64,000 bases of DNA from Alphaproteobacteria bacterium UBA998 (GTDB lineage: Bacteria; Pseudomonadota; Alphaproteobacteria; Rickettsiales; UBA998), in assembly GCA_002291925.1 (NCBI GenBank), contig DBAY01000026.1, positions 1,088 to 65,087 of the forward strand, given 5' to 3'. Under the pieces are notes generated by a model. It was not told the DNA's origin and did no database searches. It saw nothing but the letters and a program-made list of their open reading frames with translations. Shown here piece after piece: positions 9,584 to 19,590 of this stretch. Made by a program: the position numbers and the translations under genes. The first letter of the stretch is position 1. Every line of letters starts with the position of its first letter.

Positions 9584-10633
9584 CTATGTTTGGCGCCCTT
9601 GTGCAGCGTTTTCTTGGGACGAGGCCAGCGTGCCCACCACCTCGCGCAGGGCGGCGGGGAAGTTGGTGATGAGATGCATCTCGCGCACGCCCGCCTGCCG
9701 CGCCAAGGCCAGCCCCTCCCGCAACGCTGAGCGGCGCTGGGACGGCGGCGCTTCCCCAAGGAACCACGGATTGACCGCCCAGCCCTGCTCCGCCGCCAGC
9801 CGTAAGGCCTCGGTGGAGAGATCGCCCATCTCCGGGTGCACGGCGGTCAGTTTCCCACCCACCGCCGCCAGCTGAGCCGCGACCGATCGGAGGTTGTCCG
9901 GCGTGAAGGCAAGGTGATCGCCCCGCTCTCGCGCAGCAGGGTAAAGGGGCTCGGCGGGCTGCCCGTCCCGGCCATAAAACAGCATGCCCAGACGCAGGCG
10001 CGGATCCGCTTTGGCGACCTCCACGAGGTCCCGCACATCAAACGAGGAAAGAATCACAGCGTCGCGTGGCAATGGGCCCTCGGAAAGGGCCTGGGCAACT
10101 AGGGAACCCACCTTGACGCGTTCCACTTCCGCATAATGCGTGCCCTTGACGTCTTTCAGCTCGATATTGAGGGTGATGTCGCGGCCCGTCTCCTGCCGGT
10201 AAGCGTGCAGGAACTGCATGACCTCGTTCAGTGTCGGAATTTCACCCTTGCGGTCTGCCCCAACGCGCAGGGCTTTCAGTTCGGCCACCGGACAGTCGGC
10301 CACGAAGCCGTGCGAGGCATCCGGCGTGCCGTCTGCGCGGAATACGTGGCGGGAGAGGTCATTACTGTGGGTGACCACCAGTACGTCACCTGCCTTATGG
10401 CCTGCTTCTGGCAGGTCACGGCTGCACATCACATCCAGTTCGATGCCGGTAGCCCCCTCGTCCAGCGCCTGACGGAAGGCCGCGATGGTATTCTCCGCTG
10501 GGTGGCCGGGCCGTCCATAGGCACGCGCCACCTGCCCGTCCGTCTCGCTGCCGCGATGACCCCAGAATTCCACCTGCATGGTCCCCTCAAACGACATGGC
10601 CCCGGTTATCAGCATAACCGGGGCCATGAGCAT
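9584..10633 (-). CDS. glycerophosphodiester phosphodiesterase family protein
   Basis: FWGHRGS and HPENTIAAFRQALDEGATGIELDV are GDPD motifs. The start is uncertain (ATG 10633 or 10627, or TTG 10651). Confidence 0.8.
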   Translation of the reverse strand: MLMAPVMLITGAMSFEGTMQVEFWGHRGSETDGQVARAYGRPGHPAENTIAAFRQALDEGATGIELDVMCSRDLPEAGHKAGDVLVVTHSNDLSRHVFRADGTPDASHGFVADCPVAELKALRVGADRKGEIPTLNEVMQFLHAYRQETGRDITLNIELKDVKGTHYAEVERVKVGSLVAQALSEGPLPRDAVILSSFDVRDLVEVAKADPRLRLGMLFYGRDGQPAEPLYPAARERGDHLAFTPDNLRSVAAQLAAVGGKLTAVHPEMGDLSTEALRLAAEQGWAVNPWFLGEAPPSQRRSALREGLALARQAGVREMHLITNFPAALREVVGTLASSQENAAQGRQT

Positions 10634-10651
10634 GCGAAAGAAAAGACGCAA

Positions 10652-11074
10652 TCAGCGCTTCGAGAACTGGAAGCTGCGGCGAGCCTTGGCCTTGCCGTAT
10701 TTCTTGCGCTCGACCACGCGCGGGTCACGGGTCAGGAAGCCGCCTTGGCGCAGCGTCTTGTGGAATTCGGTGCTGAAGGCGTCGAGCGCGCGGCTGATGC
10801 CATGGCGCACCGCGCCGGCCTGACCGGAGAGACCGCCGCCTTTGACGGTCGCCACCACGTCAAACGCGCCGGTACGGTCCAGCGCCATGAAGGGCTGGTT
10901 GACGATCAGGCGCAGCACGGGGCGCGCAAAATAGGCGGTGACATCGCGGCCGTTGATGGTGATGTTGCCGCGGCCCGGCTTGAGCCACACGCGGGCGACG
11001 GCGTCCTTGCGGCGGCCGGTGCCATAGGTGCGGGCGGTGGTGTCGTTCTTTGCGGCGCGTTCAGCTTTGGCCAT
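10652..11074 (-). CDS. rpsI: 30S ribosomal protein S9
   Basis: [17 protein letters not shown] ... [11 protein letters not shown]. Confidence 0.95.
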   Translation of the reverse strand: MAKAERAAKNDTTARTYGTGRRKDAVARVWLKPGRGNITINGRDVTAYFARPVLRLIVNQPFMALDRTGAFDVVATVKGGGLSGQAGAVRHGISRALDAFSTEFHKTLRQGGFLTRDPRVVERKKYGKAKARRSFQFSKR

Positions 11075-11079
11075 GGGAA

Positions 11080-11541
11080 TTACCTTTTATTCTTGGGATT
11101 GGCAGCGGCAAAGTCGTAGGCTTGCGGCTGCTGGGCAGTGTGCGGGTGTTCGCTGCCACCGTAAACGCGCAGTTTGCCGAATTGCTGGCGGGCGAGCGGG
11201 CTTTCCTTCGGCAGCATGCGCTCGACGGCCTTCTCGATGACGCGCTCCGGGAAACGGCCGGAGAGGATTTTCTCGGCGGTGGTTTCCTTGATGCCGCCCG
11301 GGTGGCCGGTGTGACGGAAGTAAGTCTTCTGCTGGCGCTTGCGGCCGGTCATTTTCACCTTCTCGGCGTTGATGACGATGACATGGTCACCGCAATCGAT
11401 GTGCGGGGTGAAGGTCGCCTTGTGTTTGCCGCGGAGTAAGGTGGCGACGCGGGCGGCCAGACGGCCCAGCACCACGCCATTGGCGTCGATCACGTGCCAG
11501 TTATGGGTCACTTCCGACGGTTTCGCGCTGTAGGTTTTCAT
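11080..11541 (-). CDS. rplM: 50S ribosomal protein L13
   Basis: [20 protein letters not shown]...LLRGKHK. Start trimmed to ATG 11541. Confidence 0.95.
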   Translation of the reverse strand: MKTYSAKPSEVTHNWHVIDANGVVLGRLAARVATLLRGKHKATFTPHIDCGDHVIVINAEKVKMTGRKRQQKTYFRHTGHPGGIKETTAEKILSGRFPERVIEKAVERMLPKESPLARQQFGKLRVYGGSEHPHTAQQPQAYDFAAANPKNKR

Positions 11542-11625
11542 TGATTTTTCCAGTATTTGCTTATCTCTTGCCACGAAAAGGAGCCGCAAAATACGGTATT
11601 CGCCCCTCCCCGTCAATCCCTTATT

Positions 11626-12087
11626 TCAGCCTTCCTCATCGAGGTAAACCCGGAAGCCGAGGCGGCCCATCACCGCATCTACCCGCTCGGGCGTATGGCC
11701 CAGGGGCAGCAGAATCTGGCGGTACCGGAAAGTGCCACGGCCCGGGATAGGATGCTCTCCCTCGGACATGACTGACTGGGGGTGGCTCAGCATCCGCAGG
11801 AACTCCTCGGCCAGATGGTTGGCGTCGGTGGCGATCACCCCCTTGATGCAAAAGGGAATCTGGCCGGACTGGTAGGCCATCTGGATGGTTTTGCCGAGAT
11901 AGGTGAAATTATAGTCTTTGGTCGCGCGGATATCGCGCGATTGCAGGAGAAAGCATTCATCCCAGAGAAACTGGATCTGGTCGAAATCGAGGTCGTCCTC
12001 ACTGGGAAAAGGACGCGAACCGCGTAACGCCTCCCAATAATTCCGCAGCGCCTCGTTGAGCCGGCGCTCTTTCTCAAGATAAATCAT
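11626..12087 (-). CDS. small PAS-like (PAS_5/DUF1457-type) protein
   Basis: LRNYWEALRGSRPFPSEDDLDFDQIQFLWDECFLLQ matches the N-terminal pattern of stand-alone alphaproteobacterial PAS proteins as I recall it. Confidence 0.55.
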   Translation of the reverse strand: MIYLEKERRLNEALRNYWEALRGSRPFPSEDDLDFDQIQFLWDECFLLQSRDIRATKDYNFTYLGKTIQMAYQSGQIPFCIKGVIATDANHLAEEFLRMLSHPQSVMSEGEHPIPGRGTFRYRQILLPLGHTPERVDAVMGRLGFRVYLDEEG

Positions 12088-12128
12088 CCGGCTGTCTTAC
12101 AGGCGGCGGGCGGCCTTGCCAAGCGCAA

Positions 12129-12893
12129 TCAGCCGTAGCGGCCCTCGATGTAGTCGCGGGTCTGGCGCTCGCGGGGGGCGTGGAAAATCTGCTCGGTATC
12201 GCCGTGCTCCACCAGTGTGCCGAGGTGAAAGAACGCCGTCTGCGAGGACACCCGCGCTGCCTGCTGCATGGAGTGGGTGACGATGACGATGGTGTAATTT
12301 TGCTTTAGCTCGTCGATCAGCGCCTCGATGCGGCTGGTGGCAATGGGGTCAAGCGCCGAGCAGGGCTCGTCCATCAGGATGACTTCTGGCGACACCGCCA
12401 CCGCGCGCGCGATGCACAGGCGTTGCTGCTGTCCGCCGGAGAGGCCGGTGCCGGGATGATGCAGCCGGTCCTTCACCTCGTCCCACAGCCCGGCGCGCTG
12501 CAGGCTTTTCTCGACGATTTCGTCCAGATCGCTCTTGGAGCCGTAAAGCCCATGCAGCTTCGGCCCGTAGGCGATGTTGTCGTAGATGGATTTCGGAAAC
12601 GGATTGGGTTTCTGGAACACCATGCCAACGCGGGCACGCAACTGCACCACATCGAGGCTCGGGTCATAGATATTGTCATCCCCCACTTTGATGGTGCCCT
12701 CGATGCGGCAGCCGGGGATGGTGTCGTTCATGCGGTTGATAGAGCGCAGGAAAGTGGACTTGCCGCATCCCGACGGGCCGATCAGCGCCGTCACCGACTG
12801 CGGCGGCATGACCAGCGACACGCCGAACAGCGCCTGCTTCTCGCCGTAAAAGACGTTGACGTTTTCAGCCGTGATCTGGGTGGGGGCGGTCAT
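12129..12893 (-). CDS. pstB: phosphate ABC transporter ATP-binding protein
   Basis: Walker [10 protein letters not shown], signature LSGGQQQRL, Walker B ILMDEP, and the PstB-typical N-terminus. Confidence 0.95.
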   Translation of the reverse strand: MTAPTQITAENVNVFYGEKQALFGVSLVMPPQSVTALIGPSGCGKSTFLRSINRMNDTIPGCRIEGTIKVGDDNIYDPSLDVVQLRARVGMVFQKPNPFPKSIYDNIAYGPKLHGLYGSKSDLDEIVEKSLQRAGLWDEVKDRLHHPGTGLSGGQQQRLCIARAVAVSPEVILMDEPCSALDPIATSRIEALIDELKQNYTIVIVTHSMQQAARVSSQTAFFHLGTLVEHGDTEQIFHAPRERQTRDYIEGRYG

Positions 12894-12899
12894 GGGGCT

Positions 12900-14297
12900 C
12901 TACCAGCGCCTTTCGTACTTGCGGCGCAGGACGATGGCAAGCGCGTTGAGCAGCAGCAGGATGACGATCAGCACAAGGATGGCCGAGGCCGTCTTTTCTG
13001 CGAAGCCGCGCTCCGGGCTGCCCGCCCACAGGAAAATCTGCACCGGCATGGCGGTGGCGGGGTCGGTGACGCCGCGCGGGATGTCAGCGATGAAGGCGAC
13101 CATGCCGATCATCAAGAGCGGCGCGGTTTCGCCGATGGCGCGTGCCATGCCGAGGATGGTGCCGGTGAGGATGCCCGGCATCGCCAGCGGCAGCACGTGA
13201 TGCGCCACCACCTGCAGCGGTGAGGCACCCAAGGCCCGCGCCCCGTCGCGGATGGAGGGCGGCACCGCTTGCAAGGCGGCGCGGGTGGCGATGATGATGA
13301 CCGGCAGCACCATCAGCGCCAGCGTCATGCCCCCCACCAGCGCCGAGGAGCGCGGCAGGCCGAACAGGCCTAGGAACACAGCCAAGCCCAGCAGGCCGAA
13401 CACAATGGAGGGCACAGCGGCGAGGTTGTTGATGTTCACCTCGATGAAGTCACGCAGGCGTCCCCGCGCGGCGAATTCCTCCAGATACACCGCCGCCAGC
13501 ACGCCGATGGGGAGCGCCAGCCCCATGCAAATGATCATGGTGAAGAGCGTGCCCTTGATGCTGCCGCCCATGCCCGCTTTCTCCGGCGCGCGCGAATCGC
13601 CGCGCGTGAAGAAGTCCGCGCGGAACGCCTCGCGCACTTGGCCCACGTCCCGCAGATAAGCGAACCACTCCTTCTGTTTCGCCGTGACGCCCTGCACGTC
13701 GCCACCCTCACGGTGCAGGCGGTGCAGCCCGTCGGCGACCGGCAGCCAGAGGGTGAAGCGGGCACCCGCCTCAGCCGCGTCCGGCAGGGCGTCATAAGCG
13801 GCGCGCTCATAGCCGGGCGCCAGCATCAGCAGCAGCTGGCGGCGCTCGGTGGCATCCTGAACCAGGGGGAAGCGTTGCTTGAGCCCCTCGCGCGCCATGG
13901 CAGCGGCACCGGGGAGCGTCAGCGTCGGGCCGGGGCAGCCTGCGTGGGCGGGGCACGCCATGGCCTGCTTGCGCAGCGGGGCATCGGCAATCACATCCAC
14001 CGCGATTTCGGTGCGCTGAAAGCCTTTCACGCCCGGAACCAGAATGCTCGCCATCAGCACCGCCAGCATGGCGAACGCGATGCCCAGCGCCGCACGGCCA
14101 TACCACTGGAAGCGCCGCTCACGCCGGTGGCGGGCGGCAAGACTTTGGCGGCGACCAATCACCCCCTCCCCAGTAGGGGGAGGGTTAAGGGTGGGGGCGT
14201 GAGGATGCGACGGAGCATCCACCGCCCCCCTCCCAGCCTCCCCCCTATTGGGGGAGGGGTTTTCGAGGGCTGAGGAGGGCTGCACCACGTTATTCAT
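12900..14297 (-). CDS. pstA: phosphate ABC transporter permease PstA (long form)
   Basis: C-terminal permease core ARALGASPLQVV...GMARAIGETAPLL. It overlaps the pstC stop by 8 nt. The N-terminal 45 codons run through two CCCTCCCC/GGGGAGGG hairpins. Confidence 0.85.
   Translation of the reverse strand: MNNVVQPSSALENPSPNRGEAGRGAVDAPSHPHAPTLNPPPTGEGVIGRRQSLAARHRRERRFQWYGRAALGIAFAMLAVLMASILVPGVKGFQRTEIAVDVIADAPLRKQAMACPAHAGCPGPTLTLPGAAAMAREGLKQRFPLVQDATERRQLLLMLAPGYERAAYDALPDAAEAGARFTLWLPVADGLHRLHREGGDVQGVTAKQKEWFAYLRDVGQVREAFRADFFTRGDSRAPEKAGMGGSIKGTLFTMIICMGLALPIGVLAAVYLEEFAARGRLRDFIEVNINNLAAVPSIVFGLLGLAVFLGLFGLPRSSALVGGMTLALMVLPVIIIATRAALQAVPPSIRDGARALGASPLQVVAHHVLPLAMPGILTGTILGMARAIGETAPLLMIGMVAFIADIPRGVTDPATAMPVQIFLWAGSPERGFAEKTASAILVLIVILLLLNALAIVLRRKYERRW
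14162..14259. repeat. two GC-rich REP-like hairpins inside the pstA 5' coding region
   Basis: ccccctcccc-agta-gggggaggg (14162-14184) and cctccccc-ctatt-gggggagg (14237-14259). Confidence 0.6.
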
Positions 14298-15477
14298 ACG
14301 CCTCCCGGTATTTCTTCACGATGGCCAGCGCGGCGATGTTGAGCAGCAGGGTGATGAAAAACAGCGCCAGCCCCAAAGCAAAGGCCGCCAAGGTTTTGGG
14401 GCTGTTGAATTCCTGATCGCCGGAGAGCAGCGAAACGATCTGCGCGGTCACGGTGGTTACCGATTCCAGCGGGTTGGCGGTGAGGTTGGCGGACAGGCCC
14501 GCCGCCATCACCACGATCATCGTCTCGCCAATGGCGCGGGAGATGGCTAGCATCACCGCGCCCATGATGCCCGGCAGCGCGGCGGGGATCACCACATGCG
14601 CGATGGTTTCCGACTTCGTGGCACCAAGGCCGTAGGACGCATCGCGCAGCGCCTGCGGCACGGCGGCGATGATGTCATCGGAGAGGGAGGAAACCAGCGG
14701 GATGATCATGACGCCCATCACCAGCCCGGCGGTGAGCGCGCTTTCCGAGGAAATCTCCATCCCCAGCGACAAACCGGCTTGGCGCAGCAGCGGGGCCATC
14801 AGCGTGATGGCGAAATAGCCGTAGACCACTGTCGGGATGCCCGCGAGCAGTTCCAGCGTTGGCTTGGCCCAGGCGCGGAAGGCGGGGCGCGCATATTCCA
14901 CCATGTAAATCGCCGACATCAGCCCCAACGGCACCGCCACCAGCATCGCAATCGCGGTGATAAGCAGCGTGCCGGTGAAGACAGGAATGGACCCGAACGC
15001 GTCCTCGCCTTGCGGGCTCCACTGCAGGCCGAACAGGAATTGGCTCAGCGGAATCTGCTCGAAGAAGCGCGCTGCCTCGAAGAGTACGGAGAGCGCAATG
15101 GCCGCAGTGACGACCACCGAGACCAGCGCACAGAGAAACAGCGTGCTGACACCGAACCGTTCGATGCGGCGGCGCACGGTAAATTCCGGGTGGATACGCT
15201 TCGCAGTCAGCGCAAAGGCGATGAGCGCAATCCCCACCGCCAGCCCCGCCTGCAGCGGCGCCGGCACCGGGCCGAGGTCGAGGAACACGACCGTGCAAAA
15301 ATAGGCTTCCATAAAGAAAAACATCACCATCACGGCATACCAGCCGTAATGCTGCGGACGGCCCTGCCAGTCACGCGGGCTGACCGCCGCACCCGCCAGC
15401 ACCCGCTTCGCACGGCGCTGCGTCCCCGCAAAGACGAGGACGGCCAACAGAAGCGAAAGAAGCGAAATCAGGGTCAT
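14290..15477 (-). CDS. pstC: phosphate ABC transporter permease PstC (long form)
   Basis: Multi-TM protein with permease core ASYGLGATKSETI...AISRAIGETMIV, directly upstream of pstA-pstB. Confidence 0.9.
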   Translation of the reverse strand: MTLISLLSLLLAVLVFAGTQRRAKRVLAGAAVSPRDWQGRPQHYGWYAVMVMFFFMEAYFCTVVFLDLGPVPAPLQAGLAVGIALIAFALTAKRIHPEFTVRRRIERFGVSTLFLCALVSVVVTAAIALSVLFEAARFFEQIPLSQFLFGLQWSPQGEDAFGSIPVFTGTLLITAIAMLVAVPLGLMSAIYMVEYARPAFRAWAKPTLELLAGIPTVVYGYFAITLMAPLLRQAGLSLGMEISSESALTAGLVMGVMIIPLVSSLSDDIIAAVPQALRDASYGLGATKSETIAHVVIPAALPGIMGAVMLAISRAIGETMIVVMAAGLSANLTANPLESVTTVTAQIVSLLSGDQEFNSPKTLAAFALGLALFFITLLLNIAALAIVKKYREAYE

Positions 15478-15586
15478 GGGCGGGCGAGGTTCGGGCGAGT
15501 ATCCCTACCCTGCTTCAGCGCCCAAGTCAAAATGCTCACCCCGCATGGCTGGCATGGCATGGATTCATGGAGCCCCTGAGCAAGCG

Positions 15587-17341
15587 TCACTTGCCAATAG
15601 CTGCATCGCTCCGCAATGCATGGCTACTCGGTAACCCATTAACATTGACGTCATAGAGCGCGCCCAGATTCCTGCGAATTTGCTGCATGGCATCGTATGC
15701 AGCCATGAACTGCTTGAGCTCCGGTTCCAACTCGAGATTATCCTTGAATCTTTTTCTGCCCCGGTTCATAGTCTCTTGTTTTACCGCCTGAACAGCTGGA
15801 CTTATTTGTCTCAAATAGGTTTGCAGCTTGGCACCTAAATCCAGTTTGCCGGAGAGAAGGGCATCGACATCTCTCTCGCGGCGAATGGGAATATCCCCTC
15901 CGTCGAGGAGCATGGCTTTCTTGCTTCCCACCGTGGCGACCAATACTTCGCCGCATCTCTGCAATTTTCCATGTTCCGATGACTTATGGAGGGATTGAGA
16001 AAGATAGCCAGCCGATTCATTCACCTGCCGTATGGACTCATTCACTATGGCCTGCTGTTTGGGGTCAGAGACGGAAGCCACGCATTTCTGAATCTCTTCT
16101 TCGTCTAACAGACTGAACTCCAAAGGCGTGAATGCTTTGGCATGTTCAGCATTGAGACCAAGTTTGCGGGCCAGTGATTCGGCTTTTTTCTTGCTTGTCT
16201 CCTCACCGATACGCGGAGGCTCTTCGCCAAACGTGCGGTAGAGACGTGCCATGGCCTTCGCATAGGTTTCGACTGCTTCTTTGCGATTGCTAGGAATCAC
16301 AATGGCTGCGCCGTCAATCAGGCTTTTTGGGGTGATATCGACAATTTTCTGATCCTCTGCGGGCGGCTGTACAGGGCTGACGCCAGCGGCCTCTTCTTTT
16401 GCGGCAGGAAGCTCCGGCACCATGGTCACCGATGCAGATTTCTCTTTTTTCTGCCACCGATCGTTTTCCTGCCCGACCGCCCGCGAGAAGCGCTCCACAA
16501 AACCGCTATGCACTGCCTGGTACTCCGCGAAGCGCAGGGCAAATTGTTGCGTGATGCGATCATAAGCCTTGGTGTCGGATGGATTCAGCAGGCCTTGCTG
16601 AACCAGCCTCATTTTCAAGCGCTCAAAATAGGTGGGAAAAGATTCCGACCCCAGCGTGCCCATGAGCATGTTGCCGTAATTCACGGCGCCGCGAAAGGGC
16701 GGCTCACCAGACTCCCAGATTTTTTGCACCCCCCCACAGGCCTTTTCGAAAAAGGCATTGAGCGCGTCACCTGCCTCAGCAAGTCGTTTGGCCTCGGGAA
16801 TCAGGTGGGCCGGATTGCTTCCCGGGTATTGCGCGTGAAGAATCGATCCCAGCTCCTCTTTGACATTATTGTAATCTCGGCAGACTTGCTTGAAATCTTC
16901 CCGATTTTGAGATTCAGGCAAGCTTGCGGCTAGTTTATCAATAATTGTTTCTTGCAGGGGAACAGATTTGAATTCAATGCGATAATCAGGGGTATCAAGA
17001 AAGTTGAACGGTGTTAATTCAGTTAGATATTTGCTTGAACGGCCAATGCGTTTGGCAATTTCTCCCTGTGCCCCAGTACGACTGCCACCGCCACTGCTGC
17101 CAAGAAATGACTGTTGCGCTGCCATGCCAAACGCATGGGCGATTTTTGCATGCAGCGTCGCGTAACGCTCCAGAAGGGGGTGATGCTCAATATCGGCAGC
17201 GGACGTTTTCTTCTCCGGAGTCTTTGAGGCGTCATTCGGTGCTGTACTGCTTGCGTCAGGCGTTTTCGCCTGTGGGGAAGGCAGTCCGTCTTTGTAGGCC
17301 CCCCTCAAATCCTGCAGCCCCTCCATACCTTGCGTCGCCAA
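15587..17341 (-). CDS. hypothetical protein, 584 aa, no recognisable domain
   Basis: Long uninterrupted ORF that is visibly more AT-rich than its neighbours. The product is hydrophilic and Q/E/K-rich with no TM segment and no signal peptide. The start is uncertain (TTG 17341 or ATG 17326). Confidence 0.55.
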   Translation of the reverse strand: MATQGMEGLQDLRGAYKDGLPSPQAKTPDASSTAPNDASKTPEKKTSAADIEHHPLLERYATLHAKIAHAFGMAAQQSFLGSSGGGSRTGAQGEIAKRIGRSSKYLTELTPFNFLDTPDYRIEFKSVPLQETIIDKLAASLPESQNREDFKQVCRDYNNVKEELGSILHAQYPGSNPAHLIPEAKRLAEAGDALNAFFEKACGGVQKIWESGEPPFRGAVNYGNMLMGTLGSESFPTYFERLKMRLVQQGLLNPSDTKAYDRITQQFALRFAEYQAVHSGFVERFSRAVGQENDRWQKKEKSASVTMVPELPAAKEEAAGVSPVQPPAEDQKIVDITPKSLIDGAAIVIPSNRKEAVETYAKAMARLYRTFGEEPPRIGEETSKKKAESLARKLGLNAEHAKAFTPLEFSLLDEEEIQKCVASVSDPKQQAIVNESIRQVNESAGYLSQSLHKSSEHGKLQRCGEVLVATVGSKKAMLLDGGDIPIRRERDVDALLSGKLDLGAKLQTYLRQISPAVQAVKQETMNRGRKRFKDNLELEPELKQFMAAYDAMQQIRRNLGALYDVNVNGLPSSHALRSDAAIGK

Positions 17342-17389
17342 GGCCTGCTCAATCAGGCGATAGAGATTTTCCGAAGGCAGCAGGCCCGA

Positions 17390-18109
17390 CTAAATATAAA
17401 ACAGGGCATCCTGCATGGCGATTTCGCCTTCTTTCGCCATGGAAGCTTGCGCGGCAACCCTGTATTTTTCGCCTTTTCCATCAATAAGGAAAAGCTGGGA
17501 AGCATCGCGGATGGCCTGCTCAATATCCTCGGCCCGTGATGCCAAATCGGCCATATACTGCTTCTGCTCATTAACAAAGCGCTGCTGGTTTTCAGCATTC
17601 TGGCTGGAAAGAATGCCTACCAAACCTTCATCAAACGACGGATCGGTCTGTTTATGCTCCGTGATTTTTGCTGCCAGTAGCGCACCAAAACTTTCATTGG
17701 GCGCAGCGCGCACGCCCTTGATGCGTTCAAGCTGCCCTAGTGCCCGTGCTTTGTTGGCCAAAGCGATGAAGTTTTCACGCCCCGTAGTGTCACTGTTTTC
17801 GAAAAGACATTCGGCGAGGGAATAGGTTTCCTCTACGGAAGGCACGTCTACCCCGCGCTCCCAGCGCCTGATCGTATCGACCGTCACCGGGGCGGGAGTT
17901 GAGAAAAGATCGAGCATAATGCCCGCTTCCTCACGCTCGGTCAGCAGCTCGGCAAGCTGCTTTTCCAACCCCAAAACATCGCCAGATTTCTGGTCGGCCA
18001 GAGAGGTGACTAGTTCTGCAAGTTGTTCTTCCGTGAGGTTTCGCTCAATGCGCTTCTGGCGGAGTTTACTGCCGAAACGCTCATCAATTTGCTGCTTGGA
18101 GGGAATCAT
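17390..18109 (-). CDS. XRE-type helix-turn-helix protein with an insertion inside the HTH and a C-terminal unknown domain
   Basis: FGSKLRQKRIERNLTEEQLAELV ... (about 40 aa inserted) ... VTVDTIRRWERGVDVPSVEETYSLAECL resembles an HTH_XRE split by an insert. It lies 48 nt upstream of the 584-aa ORF on the same strand. Confidence 0.55.
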   Translation of the reverse strand: MIPSKQQIDERFGSKLRQKRIERNLTEEQLAELVTSLADQKSGDVLGLEKQLAELLTEREEAGIMLDLFSTPAPVTVDTIRRWERGVDVPSVEETYSLAECLFENSDTTGRENFIALANKARALGQLERIKGVRAAPNESFGALLAAKITEHKQTDPSFDEGLVGILSSQNAENQQRFVNEQKQYMADLASRAEDIEQAIRDASQLFLIDGKGEKYRVAAQASMAKEGEIAMQDALFYI

Positions 18110-18187
18110 ATGCCATTCGTTGCTGAATTTGACGCAACCCAGAATAGCAAATAATGCGGGTAAGGTTTGTTAAGTTTATATTAAAAT

Positions 18188-19585
18188 TCAGCTTTCATCA
18201 TAGAGGGGCAGAAAAATATTAAAGCTAGAGCCTTTGCCGACCACGCTGTCGATGGTGATGGCGCCGCGGTGGCGGGTGAGGATGCCTTTGACGATGGCGA
18301 GGCCCAGTCCCGTGCCGCCGATGGAGCGGGTGCGGGCGGTGTCGACGCGGTAGAAGCGCTCGGTGAGGCGCGAGAGATGCTCCTTGGCAATGCCCTCGCC
18401 CTGATCCTTTACGGAGACGATGACCACGCGGTTATAGAGCCGCATGTTCTGGTCGCGCGGCAGTTCGGCAGTGACGCGGGCGACGATGGTCACGTCGCTG
18501 TCCGGGCTGCCATATTTCAGGGCGTTGGAGATAAGGTTGTAGAGCACCTGGCTCAGTTCCTTGGCATCGCCCTTCACCAGCGGCAGGTTTTCCGGCACAT
18601 CCACCACCAGCGAGACCTTCTTCTCCCGCGCCGGGTGCTCGAAATGCTTTACCTCGTCGCGGATGACCTGACCGAGATCGACCGGGTCCATCGGCACGCT
18701 GTGCGCGTTCATCTCGATTTTCGACAGCGAGAGCAGATCGTCGATGAGGCGCTTCATGCGCTCGCCCTGCTGGCCCATCAGCGGCAGGAAGATATCCAGC
18801 GCCGCCGGGTCGTCCTTGCCGACGCCCTGCAGCGTCTCGATGCAGCCCATGATGGTGGTGAGCGGCGTGCGGATTTCGTGACTGGCGTTGGCCACGAAGT
18901 CGGCGCGCATCTGCTCCACCGATTTCAGCTCGGTGATGTCGTTCATGGTGATGACGATGGACATGCCCCCGGCCGAGGGAATCGGGAAGCGCTCAATGAC
19001 CGCAAGGAAATCGCGCAGCACCGGCTCCTCGATGCGGAATTCCACCTCGCGCCCTCGCAGATCCTCGATGACGGAGCTGACCGCGTCGATCAGCGTGGCG
19101 TTGGGGATGATGTCCTTCAGCTGGCGGTTGGCAAGATTCTGCCCGAAAATGGCGCGCGCCGCGCGGTTGGTGCGCACGATCTGCTTCTCGTCATTGATCA
19201 TGATGAGAATGTCGGGCAGCGTATCCACCAGAATTTCGCGCTCGGTGATGACGCGCTCCATCTGCTGCTTCTTGATCTCCCAGATGCGCTGCAGGCGGCC
19301 CAAGGCTTCCGACAGTTCCGCCACCATCGAGAGGAAGCTGAGGTCCGGCGGCCGCACGCGCTTGTCCTGGCTGAGGTTCTGCACGTAATGGTTTAGCGCC
19401 GAGACGTTGGAGAGGAAGGGATAGACGAACGCCGTGGAGCCCAGCAGGATGGCGAGGTAGGCAATGAGGAAATGCGTCAGGTTCAGCGCACCCATCACCA
19501 CCAGCACCGCCATCACCAGCAGCGGCGGCAGGGAAATCACCAACGCGGATTTGAGGAGGGTGTTGAACGGGACGCCGATGCGCAT
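18188..19585 (-). CDS. phoR: phosphate-regulon sensor histidine kinase
   Basis: Two N-terminal TM segments, a PAS domain, the HisKA H-box FVANASHEIRTPLT, and an HATPase region (NLISNALKYG, DQGEGI, GGTGLGLAIV). It neighbours pst. Confidence 0.85.
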   Translation of the reverse strand: MRIGVPFNTLLKSALVISLPPLLVMAVLVVMGALNLTHFLIAYLAILLGSTAFVYPFLSNVSALNHYVQNLSQDKRVRPPDLSFLSMVAELSEALGRLQRIWEIKKQQMERVITEREILVDTLPDILIMINDEKQIVRTNRAARAIFGQNLANRQLKDIIPNATLIDAVSSVIEDLRGREVEFRIEEPVLRDFLAVIERFPIPSAGGMSIVITMNDITELKSVEQMRADFVANASHEIRTPLTTIMGCIETLQGVGKDDPAALDIFLPLMGQQGERMKRLIDDLLSLSKIEMNAHSVPMDPVDLGQVIRDEVKHFEHPAREKKVSLVVDVPENLPLVKGDAKELSQVLYNLISNALKYGSPDSDVTIVARVTAELPRDQNMRLYNRVVIVSVKDQGEGIAKEHLSRLTERFYRVDTARTRSIGGTGLGLAIVKGILTRHRGAITIDSVVGKGSSFNIFLPLYDES

Positions 19586-19590
19586 GGAAA

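Noticed and set aside
8524..9759. Long N-terminal extensions on track ORFs (argC, rplM, patatin, qor, hldE, tolB, ruvB, yebC, pmm, the pilin-like gene, cutA).
   Set aside because: Conserved family N-termini begin at internal ATGs that often have a GGAG-like box upstream, and the extra residues are low-complexity or overlap the neighbouring gene. Starts were trimmed accordingly.
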